A stretch of DNA of 64,000 bases from an uncultured virus (IMG/VR IMGVR_UViG_3300006120_000013) (lineage: Duplodnaviria > Heunggongvirae > Uroviricota > Caudoviricetes), in the IMG/VR virus record IMGVR_UViG_3300006120_000013; one strand, given 5' to 3'. Under the pieces are notes generated by a model, which saw only the letters and a list, made by a program, of their open reading frames with translations, ran no database searches and was not told the origin of the DNA. The position numbers were made by a program, and so were the translations under genes. This document shows positions 1 through 9,327 of the stretch, one piece after another. Position 1 is the first letter of the stretch, and every line of letters begins with the position of its first letter.

Positions 1-1404
1 CTTGCTGCTGTTGTAAACGAATTTGTATCAGCAGCAAATATGTCATTTGGTCTATTTCCAGGTCTTACTCGTGGAGCAATCCAAGCACTATTAGAAGTTG
101 CTACAGAAGAACAAAAACAAAAATACATTCCTATGATGGCTTCTGGTAAATGGACCGGCACTATGAATCTTACCGAACCGCATTGCGGAACTGATCTCGG
201 TTTGTTAAAGACAAAATCTATTCCAAATGAAGATGGAACATATTCTATTACTGGACAAAAGATTTTTATTAGTGCTGGTGATCACGATTTAAGTGAAAAT
301 ATTATTCATCTTGTTCTTGCTCGTATCGAAGGAGCATCAGCAGGAACTAAAGGTATTAGTCTATTCATTGTTCCTAAATTCTTAGAAAATAATGAAAGAA
401 ATAAAGTTACATGTGGAGCTATTGAAAAAAAGATGGGCATACATGGAAGTCCAACTTGTCAGATGTTTTTTGACAATGCCACAGGATACTTGTTAGGAGA
501 GAAAGGAAAAGGTCTCATTCATATGTTTATTATGATGAATGAGGCAAGACTCGGAGTTGCTGTTCAAGGGTTAGGACAGAGTGATCTTGCTTATCAAAAT
601 GCTGTTAAATATGCTATAGACCGATTACAAGGAAGATCATTAACTGGTGTTAAAAATGAACAAGGACCTGCTGATCCTATTATCGTTCATCCTGATGTTC
701 GCCGTATGCTTATGGACATAAAATCTGTTAACATGCCAGGACGTTTGTTAATTTATAAGGCTGCTTTGCTTTGCGATAAGAAAGACGATCAATCACAAGA
801 TATTCTCGGACTAATGACTCCTATCCTTAAAGGTGTTATGTCTGATTATGGTTTTGAAAATGCTGTAAAGGCACAACAGGTTTTTGGAGGACACGGTTAT
901 ATCAAAGAATGGGGCATGGAACAGATTGTTCGCGATGCTCGTATTGCCCAAATCTACGAAGGTGCTAATGGCATTCAAGCATTAGATCTAGTTGGACGTA
1001 AACTTCCAAAGAATATGGGTAGAGCAGTTCGTACTCAATTCAAACTTTTTGAAGAACAACTTGAAAAAGATTTGAATAACGAAAATGTAAACAAATGGGC
1101 ATACTTTGTTGAGAGAGCATATCAAGATCTTAAGAAGGCTACAAATTGGCTTGTCCAAAATGGTATGAAAAATCCAGATAATGCTGGAAGTGCCTCATAC
1201 GATTATATGAAACTTTTTGGACTTGTTTATATGGGATTTGCTTGGCTCGATATTATTAAAATCGCACAAGAAAAGAATATGAAAGACAAACTAATTATGG
1301 CAGATTATTTTGTTGATCGTATTCTCCCAGAAACTTCGTTTCTTTGGAGCAAAATAGAAAGTGGATCTAAAAGCATGATGGATCTACCAGTTGACAAGTT
1401 CTAA
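1..1404 (+). CDS. Acyl-CoA dehydrogenase (DmdC/FadE-like family), 5'-partial
   Basis: Frame is open from base 1 (LAAVVNEFVSAANM...). ACAD motifs TMNLTEPHCGTDLG, GQKIFIS, KMGIHGSPTC, QQVFGGHGYI and catalytic IYEGANGIQALDL. Confidence 0.93.
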   Translation, partial: LAAVVNEFVSAANMSFGLFPGLTRGAIQALLEVATEEQKQKYIPMMASGKWTGTMNLTEPHCGTDLGLLKTKSIPNEDGTYSITGQKIFISAGDHDLSENIIHLVLARIEGASAGTKGISLFIVPKFLENNERNKVTCGAIEKKMGIHGSPTCQMFFDNATGYLLGEKGKGLIHMFIMMNEARLGVAVQGLGQSDLAYQNAVKYAIDRLQGRSLTGVKNEQGPADPIIVHPDVRRMLMDIKSVNMPGRLLIYKAALLCDKKDDQSQDILGLMTPILKGVMSDYGFENAVKAQQVFGGHGYIKEWGMEQIVRDARIAQIYEGANGIQALDLVGRKLPKNMGRAVRTQFKLFEEQLEKDLNNENVNKWAYFVERAYQDLKKATNWLVQNGMKNPDNAGSASYDYMKLFGLVYMGFAWLDIIKIAQEKNMKDKLIMADYFVDRILPETSFLWSKIESGSKSMMDLPVDKF

Positions 1405-1421
1405 TAATATGCTATTATACT
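1391..1421 (+). promoter_or_regulatory. Sigma70-like (early) promoter
   Basis: TTGACA (1391-1396), 16 nt, then extended -10 TGcTATTAT (1410-1418). SD GGAG at 1432-1435 precedes ATG 1443. Confidence 0.55.
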
Positions 1422-1442
1422 TGTATAACACGGAGATGTCTA

Positions 1443-2687
1443 ATGTCTACAGAAGTTGCTGAAAAACCAAAATCCAAAGTTGATCACCGTAAAATTGAAG
1501 AAAAACTAATTACTGCTCGAGTTGGTCTACTTCTACGTCATTCATTCTTTGGTAATATGGCAACTCGTTTACGTATGGTAAATTGTGAGAACGATTCGTT
1601 TATTAAAACTGCTGCTACAGACGGACGTCACTTTTATTATGCTCCAGAGTTTATTGATACCTTAAATCCAAAACAAACTGAGTTTGTCTTTGCTCACGAA
1701 GTACTACATAATGTGTTTGAGCATATGTTCCGCCGAGGAGACCGTGATCCTCAAATTTGGAACATTGCTACAGACTATGCTATCAATCAAATCCTTGTAG
1801 ACGAGAAGATTGGTGAAAAGGTTTCACAAATTAAAATCTTCCAAGATAACAAATATCGTGGTAAGAGTGCTGAAGAAATCTACGACGAGATCTTTGAGAA
1901 ATATGATATGGAACAATTACAGCAATTGGGTGAATTGTTAGACCAACATATGGATCCAGATAAGGATGGACAAGGAGAAGGCAAAGAAGGCGAAGGCAAA
2001 TCCAAACGTGTTCAGTATAGCAAAGAAGAATTAAAAAAGATCCGCGATGAAATCAAAGAGGCTATGATTAGTGCTGCACAGAGTGCCGGTGCTGGCAATA
2101 TTCCTGCCGGTGTGCGTCGTATGATTCAGGAGTTAACTGAACCAAAGATTAACTGGCGTGAATTATTAAAACAACAAATTCAAAGCACTATCCGTAACGA
2201 CTACACCTGGATGCGTCCTTCACGCAAAGGTTGGCACACTGGTGCTATTCTTCCAGGTATGAATTTTGATCAAACTATCGATATTTGCGTTTGTGTTGAT
2301 ATGTCGGGGTCAATTACTAACGAGATGGGTAGAGATTTTTTAAGTGAAATCAAAGGTATCATGGATCAATTTAAAGACTTCAAATTGAAACTGTGGACTT
2401 TTGATACAGAAGTTTACGATCCAATTGATATTACTGCCGATAATATTCAAGACTTTGATTCGTACGAACTTAAGGGAGGTGGTGGAACTGACTTTGATGT
2501 TAACTGGATTTTTATGAAAGATGAACAAATCGTTCCTAAGAAATTCATTATGTTTACCGACGGTTATCCGTGGGGTTCGTGGGGCGACGAAGATTATTGC
2601 GACACAATCTTTATTATCCACGGTCCAGAAACTATTAAGCCACCGTTTGGTACATATAGTCACTATGAATTTAGTAAACACTCATGA
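1443..2687 (+). CDS. DUF2201-type metallopeptidase with C-terminal vWA domain
   Basis: TAATDG, HEVLH (HExxH), WNIATDYAIN, vWA MIDAS DMSGS, GGGGTDF, FTDGY. Confidence 0.88.
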   Translation: MSTEVAEKPKSKVDHRKIEEKLITARVGLLLRHSFFGNMATRLRMVNCENDSFIKTAATDGRHFYYAPEFIDTLNPKQTEFVFAHEVLHNVFEHMFRRGDRDPQIWNIATDYAINQILVDEKIGEKVSQIKIFQDNKYRGKSAEEIYDEIFEKYDMEQLQQLGELLDQHMDPDKDGQGEGKEGEGKSKRVQYSKEELKKIRDEIKEAMISAAQSAGAGNIPAGVRRMIQELTEPKINWRELLKQQIQSTIRNDYTWMRPSRKGWHTGAILPGMNFDQTIDICVCVDMSGSITNEMGRDFLSEIKGIMDQFKDFKLKLWTFDTEVYDPIDITADNIQDFDSYELKGGGGTDFDVNWIFMKDEQIVPKKFIMFTDGYPWGSWGDEDYCDTIFIIHGPETIKPPFGTYSHYEFSKHS

Positions 2688-2968
2688 GAGAATTTAAAGT
2701 TAACCCTCTCAATGTAATAGGAAGCAGGCGTCAAGAGTGCCTGCTTCCTCATATGGAACCTATGACTGCGCCAGTTAATGGATTATATCGTCATGATATA
2801 ATCGCATGGATAGATTCTAATCTAAAAGGAAGATATTGGATAGGATCTCTTACAAAATTAGAAGATAATAGAATTGTTTCATACGATGCTATTGCGTTTG
2901 AAGATCCACACGAATCAACTTTATTTTTATTAAGTTGTCCTCATTTGGCCAAAAATAAGGTAGCATAA
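2684..2968 (+). CDS. Hypothetical phage protein
   Basis: ATGA overlap with the upstream stop; 94-aa ORF with typical composition. Confidence 0.7.
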   Translation: MREFKVNPLNVIGSRRQECLLPHMEPMTAPVNGLYRHDIIAWIDSNLKGRYWIGSLTKLEDNRIVSYDAIAFEDPHESTLFLLSCPHLAKNKVA

Positions 2969-3014
2969 TCCTCTTTCTGATTATATAATACAAAGACATA
3001 ACAAGGAGTTACAC

Positions 3015-3269
3015 ATGTCTGATGAAGTTAATACAAACGACGCTCAAAATAATCCTGCTGCAAATGCACCAGCTCAAGACTCTGCTGATCTTGGATTACA
3101 AGACTTAGTTGCTATCAAATCAATTATCGATGTTGCTAGCGGTCGAGGTGCTTTTAAACCAAATGAAATGGTTGCTGTTGGTACTATTTACAGCAAGTTA
3201 GAAAGATTTCTAGAGGCTGCACAGAAACAAAGTCAGTTAGCACAAAACCAGGTTGTTCCTAATGCTTAA
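3015..3269 (+). CDS. Hypothetical phage protein
   Basis: Strong SD (AAGGAG) upstream; 84-aa ORF. Confidence 0.75.
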   Translation: MSDEVNTNDAQNNPAANAPAQDSADLGLQDLVAIKSIIDVASGRGAFKPNEMVAVGTIYSKLERFLEAAQKQSQLAQNQVVPNA

Positions 3270-3906
3270 ACATATTGGCAAAATGAAGCACAACGATGCT
3301 AAGGTTTGTGTAGTATATAGAACCTTACCTGGAGATGCTCATAGTGCCTTAGTAATCGGAACATCAAGTCTTATTGACGGTTATCATAATACTCTTATGA
3401 GTGTTGTTGAAAGTCAAGAAGGACAACAGGCTAATGAACTAGGAGATGCTCTATCAACACGTTTTTTCTCTGATGGGACAAATATTTTAGAACAACTCCA
3501 TTTAACTGGAAAATTAGTTAAGGTATCAACTGACAAAGTTTGGATGCTTCCGACGCCTTCTACTCAAATTTCATTAGATGAACTCAATCTTATGATTGCT
3601 GAACAAAAAGGTGTTTCTTTAGATGATCTTTCAATCAAAGACGACATGCCTCATGTTAAAAAGAATGGAGAAAAAGAAGTTAGACTTCAAGAGATTGATC
3701 TTACAAAAGACAATACAGAAGTTGACACATCTAATGAATTGCTAGAAGAATCAGTAGAAACAGAGTTACCTTCTGCTAGTAGTTATCGATCACAAGCAGA
3801 TAAACTCTATAAGGAAGCAGCCAGACTAAGAAAATTAGCGGACGAATTAGACCCTCCCAAAAATAAGAAGAAGATCAGTGCCAAAAAAAACGAGCAAACC
3901 GCTTAA
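3262..3906 (+). CDS. Hypothetical phage protein
   Basis: Likely ATG at 3262 (MLKHIG...), overlapping the previous stop; acidic/coiled C-terminus. Confidence 0.75.
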   Translation: MLKHIGKMKHNDAKVCVVYRTLPGDAHSALVIGTSSLIDGYHNTLMSVVESQEGQQANELGDALSTRFFSDGTNILEQLHLTGKLVKVSTDKVWMLPTPSTQISLDELNLMIAEQKGVSLDDLSIKDDMPHVKKNGEKEVRLQEIDLTKDNTEVDTSNELLEESVETELPSASSYRSQADKLYKEAARLRKLADELDPPKNKKKISAKKNEQTA

Positions 3907-4198
3907 TCAAGACTTAATTGATCAATGGCCAGAAATCTTAGGAGATGTAAATTTAGACGCTATACCTATATTTTATCTTCATAGTGTAGTAATTACGTTC
4001 CAGGATGGAAACGTCTGGAACGTAGTTCTCAAAAAAGAACATAAAGAATCGGATGGAGAAAAATTTACAGAAACATTAAACGAACTTTTTCAAAATTATG
4101 AAAAACAAATACAACATGTTGACTTTAGATTAGATATTGAAAAACTTAAAAAAGATATTATTAAATCTACTAATCAATTTACAAAGAGAAAAAGATGA
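3878..4198 (+). CDS. Hypothetical phage protein
   Basis: GTG start; overlaps both neighbours, including an ATGA overlap with thyX. Confidence 0.65.
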   Translation: MPKKTSKPLNQDLIDQWPEILGDVNLDAIPIFYLHSVVITFQDGNVWNVVLKKEHKESDGEKFTETLNELFQNYEKQIQHVDFRLDIEKLKKDIIKSTNQFTKRKR

Positions 4199-5067
4199 CT
4201 TTACGTAACGAAATAGATTTTGCTAACGACCCTAACTACGTTCCAGTTCTTGATCACGGTTTTGTAGGATTAGTAGATTATATGGGCAGTGATGATGCTA
4301 TTGTACAAGCAGCCCGTGTTAGTTATGGTAAAGGTACTAAAAGTGTAAACACAGATCGAGGCTTAATACGCTACCTCATGCGTCACGAGCATACAACTCC
4401 TTTCGAAATGTGTGAAGTTAAATTTCATATTAAATTACCTATATTTGTAATGCGTCAATTAGTAAGACACAGAACAGCAAGTATGAATGAATATTCTGCT
4501 CGCTATTCTGTGATTACTGATGAATTTTATATTCCACAACACGATCAATTAAAAGAACAGAGTGCAAATAATAAACAAGGCCGAGATGACGATCTTGCTC
4601 CAGATGAAAAAGAATATGTTACTGAAAGCATGAGAAATCTTTGGGATTATAATTATAATACTTATGAATATTATATTAATAACTACAATCTAGCTAGAGA
4701 ATCTGCTAGAACAGTTTTACCAGTTGGTGGCTACACAGAGTGCTATTGGAAAGCCAATCTTAAAAACTTCTTACATATGGCTAGATTACGCATGGATTCA
4801 CATGCTCAATGGGAAATACGTGAATATGCTAATGCTATGTATAATCTAGCAAAACCTCTATTTCCTGCTGCTTGCGAAGCATTCGAAGATTATCAAGTAG
4901 ATTCAGTTAAAGTTAGCGGATTAGAAGTTCCTTTATTACGTCGTTTAATTAGTCGTAATACATGGCTAGATATGCTAGAAGATTATAGAAGTGAAGAATT
5001 ATTAGCAAAACAATTTGGTTTAAGTCAAAGAGAACTTGACGATTTTAAGAAAAAATGGATATCTTAA
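4195..5067 (+). CDS. thyX: FAD-dependent thymidylate synthase ThyX
   Basis: ThyX signature RHRTASMNEYSARY, plus QAARVSY, HTTPFE, HAQWEIR. Confidence 0.96.
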   Translation: MTLRNEIDFANDPNYVPVLDHGFVGLVDYMGSDDAIVQAARVSYGKGTKSVNTDRGLIRYLMRHEHTTPFEMCEVKFHIKLPIFVMRQLVRHRTASMNEYSARYSVITDEFYIPQHDQLKEQSANNKQGRDDDLAPDEKEYVTESMRNLWDYNYNTYEYYINNYNLARESARTVLPVGGYTECYWKANLKNFLHMARLRMDSHAQWEIREYANAMYNLAKPLFPAACEAFEDYQVDSVKVSGLEVPLLRRLISRNTWLDMLEDYRSEELLAKQFGLSQRELDDFKKKWIS

Positions 5068-5087
5068 TTTATTCCTCTATATTTAAA

Positions 5088-5120
5088 TCCTGATAAATAA
5101 AGTATCATCGATATCAGGAG
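5088..5120 (+). promoter_or_regulatory. Late promoter (ATAAATA) inside an RBS-sequestering hairpin
   Basis: TCCTGATA (5088-5095) pairs with TATCAGGA (5112-5119), covering SD AGGAG (5116-5120); ATAAATA at 5093-5099. Confidence 0.65.
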
Positions 5121-5126
5121 CCAAAT

Positions 5127-7187
5127 ATGCCCTTAAAACTAAGAAGAGGCACAAATGCCGAAAGAATAACTATAACACCCGCCGAAGGTGAACTTATTTA
5201 TTCGACAGATACTAAGAAAATTTATGTAGGTGACGGAATAACTCAAGGCGGTATTGACGTTACTGGGGCGGCCAGTTTATTTGGTCCTTTATCTGGAAAT
5301 TTAGACATAAATCATTATAACATTACAGGTATAGGAAATGTCGAAGTTAATGGTATTATCAGTAACGGACCATTATCTTTAAATTCAAACTATATTTCAA
5401 GTTCTTCAGGTTATGTATCACAAGGACTAGGAAATCATATTGGAATTTTAGAATTAAGTACACCTACTAATCTTTTACAAATAAACAGATATTGGTCAGA
5501 TCCTAACGAACCTATCGAAATACAGACAGGTATTACTAATAGTTTTACTTCGTTAATGTCTGATAGAAGAAGTTCTAGAGGATCTGTAGGTATTCCTACA
5601 GCAACTATTCCTGGTGATAATATTGCTTTAGAAAGATTTTGGGGTCATGACGGATTTAATTATCTACCAACTTCAGCAATATGGCATGGTGTTGATCCCA
5701 ACGGAACAGTATCTCCAGGATTTGTTCCTGGTGCTATAGCACTTATAACAGAAGGTATCGGCGGTCCACACGTTGTTAGTGTAGATTCAAAAGGAAATTT
5801 AGGAATAGGTGTATACCCTGAACTTGTACAGGAAAAACTACATGTAGAAGGTAATGCATTAATATCTGGAACTTTAATTGCAGGTGCAGTTAGAGGTTCA
5901 ATTTTTGCTGATAACTCGAGTGTATTGATTGACAGTATATATGGTAATATGTATGCTAATAATTTGTCAGTTACTGGAATTTTAAATTGTGGAGAGACAG
6001 TACAAAAATCTCCAAACGGATATCTTGATATTTCTTCTAGATATGGAATTACCTCAGGTCTTACTTCGTTGATGACTGGAAATTATGCATCAAGAGGATC
6101 ATTAGTTAGTCCTTCATCATTACACACTGGTGATTCAATTAGTTTTATAAGAAATTTTGGTCACGATGGAAGTAACTATGTATTTTCTTCTGGTATACAA
6201 TTTGGATTAGATCCATCTATAAGTTCAAGTATAGCACCAAGTACAGGAAAAATGCCTGGTGCAATTGGTTTCATTGTTGTTGATGAAAATAATATCCAAA
6301 ATTATGTTTCTATAGACTCAGCAGGACAAGTAGGTATTGGAACATTTCCTAATCCAACAACAGAGGCACTCGATGTTAATGGTAATGGTAAATTTAGTGG
6401 TAGTATTACAACAACTTCAATACAACAAAATTTATCTTCAGGAGTTGACGCTACAAAACTATATGGTATTTCAGATGGTGTTAATTGTCTTGTAACTTCT
6501 AATTATGCATCAAGAGGTAGTTTACCATCACCATCTTCTCTCTATTTAGGTGATTCTATTTCTGCTATAAGAAATTATGGATTCGATGGTACCAACTATA
6601 TACTTTCTTCTGCTATAGATTTTGTTTTAGATGGATCATATACTCCATCAACAGGTTATATGCCTGGAGCGATAGCATTTTTTGTTCAAGGATCTTCTGG
6701 ACAAAAAATAACAACTATTAATTCTAATGGTTATTTAGGAATTAATAAATTTCCAAGTGTAACTGAAGAAGCGCTCGATGTTAATGGTAATGGTAAGTTT
6801 AGTGGACACATTACTGTTAATAATTCTACAAATAATAGTTCAGTACAAATTACTGGTTATGCTAATAAAGGTGGTACTGGATATCATGACTTTATGAGTG
6901 TCACTAACACTTATAGTAGTGCTACTAATCCTAACAAATATTTCCGTTTAGATTCATCTGGATCATTCCAAATTGTTGATAGTACTTATAATAATACTTT
7001 ATTCAATTTAACCAATGCCGGTCATACTATTGTTAGAGGTTATGTACAATTTGGTTCTTTCTCCGCTACAGAAAGAGCAGCATTAACTCCTGCTAACGGA
7101 ATGGTTATCTATAATACTACTGCTAATAAATTCCAAGGTTATCAAAATGGTGGCTGGATCAATTTAGACACAGGTGCTGCTGCTTAA
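5127..7187 (+). CDS. Tail-fibre/virion appendage protein with Mtd-like N-terminus and three internal ~140-aa repeats
   Basis: N-terminus LRRGTNAER...PAEGELIYSTDTKKIYVGDG; repeated SRGS...GD.I...R..G.DG.NY...PGAI; C-terminus NGMVIYNTTANKFQGY. Confidence 0.75.
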   Translation: MPLKLRRGTNAERITITPAEGELIYSTDTKKIYVGDGITQGGIDVTGAASLFGPLSGNLDINHYNITGIGNVEVNGIISNGPLSLNSNYISSSSGYVSQGLGNHIGILELSTPTNLLQINRYWSDPNEPIEIQTGITNSFTSLMSDRRSSRGSVGIPTATIPGDNIALERFWGHDGFNYLPTSAIWHGVDPNGTVSPGFVPGAIALITEGIGGPHVVSVDSKGNLGIGVYPELVQEKLHVEGNALISGTLIAGAVRGSIFADNSSVLIDSIYGNMYANNLSVTGILNCGETVQKSPNGYLDISSRYGITSGLTSLMTGNYASRGSLVSPSSLHTGDSISFIRNFGHDGSNYVFSSGIQFGLDPSISSSIAPSTGKMPGAIGFIVVDENNIQNYVSIDSAGQVGIGTFPNPTTEALDVNGNGKFSGSITTTSIQQNLSSGVDATKLYGISDGVNCLVTSNYASRGSLPSPSSLYLGDSISAIRNYGFDGTNYILSSAIDFVLDGSYTPSTGYMPGAIAFFVQGSSGQKITTINSNGYLGINKFPSVTEEALDVNGNGKFSGHITVNNSTNNSSVQITGYANKGGTGYHDFMSVTNTYSSATNPNKYFRLDSSGSFQIVDSTYNNTLFNLTNAGHTIVRGYVQFGSFSATERAALTPANGMVIYNTTANKFQGYQNGGWINLDTGAAA

Positions 7188-7200
7188 TAATAAGTAGAGT

Positions 7201-7761
7201 GTGTTTATACTCATTCCTTGGAAACGATCTTTAAACCTTGACGAGTTTTATGCTGAAGCGGCTCGTCGAGGTTTCGATAACAACTCCTCTCAAAAAAAGA
7301 TGATCGATTGTCTAGCGAATGAGGATAAATGGGCTGCTTGGATCTTATATCAAAATAATAAACCTATAGGATCTGTAGCAGCCCATTCTTTTGACAACAT
7401 TATGGGTCCAAACAGTTATAGAATATGTGTAAGAACTTGTATATTACCACATGATCGAGAATACAAAGCAGTTATAACAGCAAAAAGAGCGATAGCAGAA
7501 CATCAAAATCTTACTTCACAATTCTTCATACCTAAATGCATAGATTGGACTGGAAAACATAATAATTTGTATATAACATCAAATGAGAATAGTAGCGGTT
7601 CTCAAAAATTAGTTCATACTATATTTTTTCCAACTCTTGCTAAAAAAGGAATTATGACTAAGATTAAAGATGTTCATTATAGAGGAACAGATCAAACTGT
7701 TTGGAAACTTAATGTAGATCTTTTTATAAAAGATTTAGTACATTATCCTAGATGGAATTAA
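7201..7761 (+). CDS. Hypothetical protein, possibly GNAT-fold
   Basis: 186-aa ORF with GTG start; pattern W..ILY.NNKPIGSVAAH...YRICVRTC is loosely acetyltransferase-like. Confidence 0.5.
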   Translation: MFILIPWKRSLNLDEFYAEAARRGFDNNSSQKKMIDCLANEDKWAAWILYQNNKPIGSVAAHSFDNIMGPNSYRICVRTCILPHDREYKAVITAKRAIAEHQNLTSQFFIPKCIDWTGKHNNLYITSNENSSGSQKLVHTIFFPTLAKKGIMTKIKDVHYRGTDQTVWKLNVDLFIKDLVHYPRWN

Positions 7762-8438
7762 CAACTTATAATAATATTAAAATCAGTAAATGGTAATAAT
7801 TCTTGAACTTTATCAATAAATTGTCGTTCTACGTCAAACTTTACTATATTAGTACCATTAAAATTAAAATTATCAATAAGACCTCTCTTATTTGCTCTAT
7901 TAAGCCAGGGACTTAATTTATGGTCAAATCTATAACGAGCATCACTGTCGATTTTAGATATATCAAGAGTAATAGTCATACTAACTCTATCTTTTAATTC
8001 ACTATGAGTAAGTAATTGTCTCACAACTAATTGTGTTCTAGGAATACTACCAAAATTAGCAGCAACATGTAAACGACCTGCATCCATATCATACCATATA
8101 CCATCTTCTTCTACACGATGCATAATCTTATTATCTAAGTCAATTAGATATGCTTGCTCACCACGAATATTAAGATGCCAACGATCATCAATGTCTGCAT
8201 GACTATAATAGTTAACACCCCTATCCAATGTAATAAGTCTTGCTTCTCCCTTTGGGTAAGGAAGGGAGTTATATATCTTTTCCCAGATTGTTCCTCTATA
8301 TTCATCTTTTAATTCCCATTCATCATAAAAATAACTTGTTATAGGACGATTTATAGTAGTTCTATCATTTTCAGGGATAGACTCTTTTGCTTTTTCAATA
8401 TCTTCTAAATCTACAGAATAAATGGTTTCTCTAATCAT
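7758..8438 (-). CDS. 2OG-Fe(II) oxygenase-like (Asp/Asn beta-hydroxylase-like) protein
   Basis: HxD (SHAD), RWHLNI, WYDMDAGRLHVAAN..R motif layout of the double-stranded beta-helix fold. Confidence 0.7.
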   Translation of the reverse strand: MIRETIYSVDLEDIEKAKESIPENDRTTINRPITSYFYDEWELKDEYRGTIWEKIYNSLPYPKGEARLITLDRGVNYYSHADIDDRWHLNIRGEQAYLIDLDNKIMHRVEEDGIWYDMDAGRLHVAANFGSIPRTQLVVRQLLTHSELKDRVSMTITLDISKIDSDARYRFDHKLSPWLNRANKRGLIDNFNFNGTNIVKFDVERQFIDKVQELLPFTDFNIIISC

Positions 8439-8466
8439 GAAAATATTTAGTGGAGTAATATGCTAC

Positions 8467-8474
8467 TATAAATA
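8467..8474 (+). promoter_or_regulatory. T4-type late promoter TATAAATA
   Basis: Exact T4 consensus, then SD GGAG (8480-8483) and ATG 8491. Back-to-back with a minus-strand TAAATA at 8449-8444. Confidence 0.65.
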
Positions 8475-8490
8475 TTCTTGGAGAAAGCCT

Positions 8491-9327
8491 ATGGAAAAAG
8501 CAAACCTCGAACTACTAAGAGAAGCCTACGAAAAAAGTGAATTCAATAATATTATTCATAATGTTTCTGGTGTTTATATACCCTTAGACTTTAGTTGGAA
8601 GAATATAGGTATAGCTATGTCTGGTGGAATTGATAGCACTATGCTTTGCTATATACTTGCTGATTTAATTACTAAAAATAATTTAGATATAACCATACAT
8701 GTTACATCTCATGTGAGAGTTTGGAAATTTAGACCGTGGCAAAAAGATGTAAGTGAAAACGTATATAATTGGATGGTTAACCATTTTCCAAATGTTAAAT
8801 TTAAAAGATATGCTGGATTTATTCCACCAGATTTAGAATGGAAAAATAATGCTCCAACACTTGTTTTAAATGAGTACGGAGAAGAAGAATACGGTGATGT
8901 ACTTGTTATGAGATCATTTGCTGAATTTGTTGGTTGGCATCAAAATTTTGACGCTTATTTTAATGCAACTACAATGAATCCAGATGATCCTAATATTACA
9001 TTGGCATTAGATGTTAGAAATCTTACCTCTCAAGATATAATCGATCATTTTGATTATACTATAAAATATTATCGACTAGGAGATAATGTAATTACTTGTC
9101 ATCCTTTTCGCTTTATTCAAAAAGATTGGATTGTTGGAAGATATAAAGAATTTGATATATGGAATCTTTTTGAAATGACACGAAGTTGTGAAGGTGATCG
9201 TAACGAATATCCAGAAACATTTGGAAATTTAGATTATAGAACATATAAGGTAGGAATGGAAGTTCCTACATGTGGTAAATGTTTTTGGTGTCAAGAAAGA
9301 GAATGGGGTATTAAGAATGCTTTTTAA
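8491..9327 (+). CDS. QueC-like PP-loop (adenine nucleotide alpha-hydrolase) protein
   Basis: SGGIDS PP-loop; C-terminal TRSC...CGKCFWC Zn motif. Start moved to ATG 8491, which has an SD and avoids overlap with the divergent gene. Confidence 0.78.
   Translation: MEKANLELLREAYEKSEFNNIIHNVSGVYIPLDFSWKNIGIAMSGGIDSTMLCYILADLITKNNLDITIHVTSHVRVWKFRPWQKDVSENVYNWMVNHFPNVKFKRYAGFIPPDLEWKNNAPTLVLNEYGEEEYGDVLVMRSFAEFVGWHQNFDAYFNATTMNPDDPNITLALDVRNLTSQDIIDHFDYTIKYYRLGDNVITCHPFRFIQKDWIVGRYKEFDIWNLFEMTRSCEGDRNEYPETFGNLDYRTYKVGMEVPTCGKCFWCQEREWGIKNAF

Noticed and set aside
5127..7187. Diversity-generating retroelement, suggested by the Mtd-like N-terminus
   Set aside because: No reverse transcriptase in the window and no TR/VR pair differing only at adenines; the repeats are in-frame domain duplications.
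8422..8490. N-terminal extension of the QueC-like ORF given in the track
   Set aside because: It overlaps the divergent gene and the promoter region; ATG 8491 has its own SD and late promoter.
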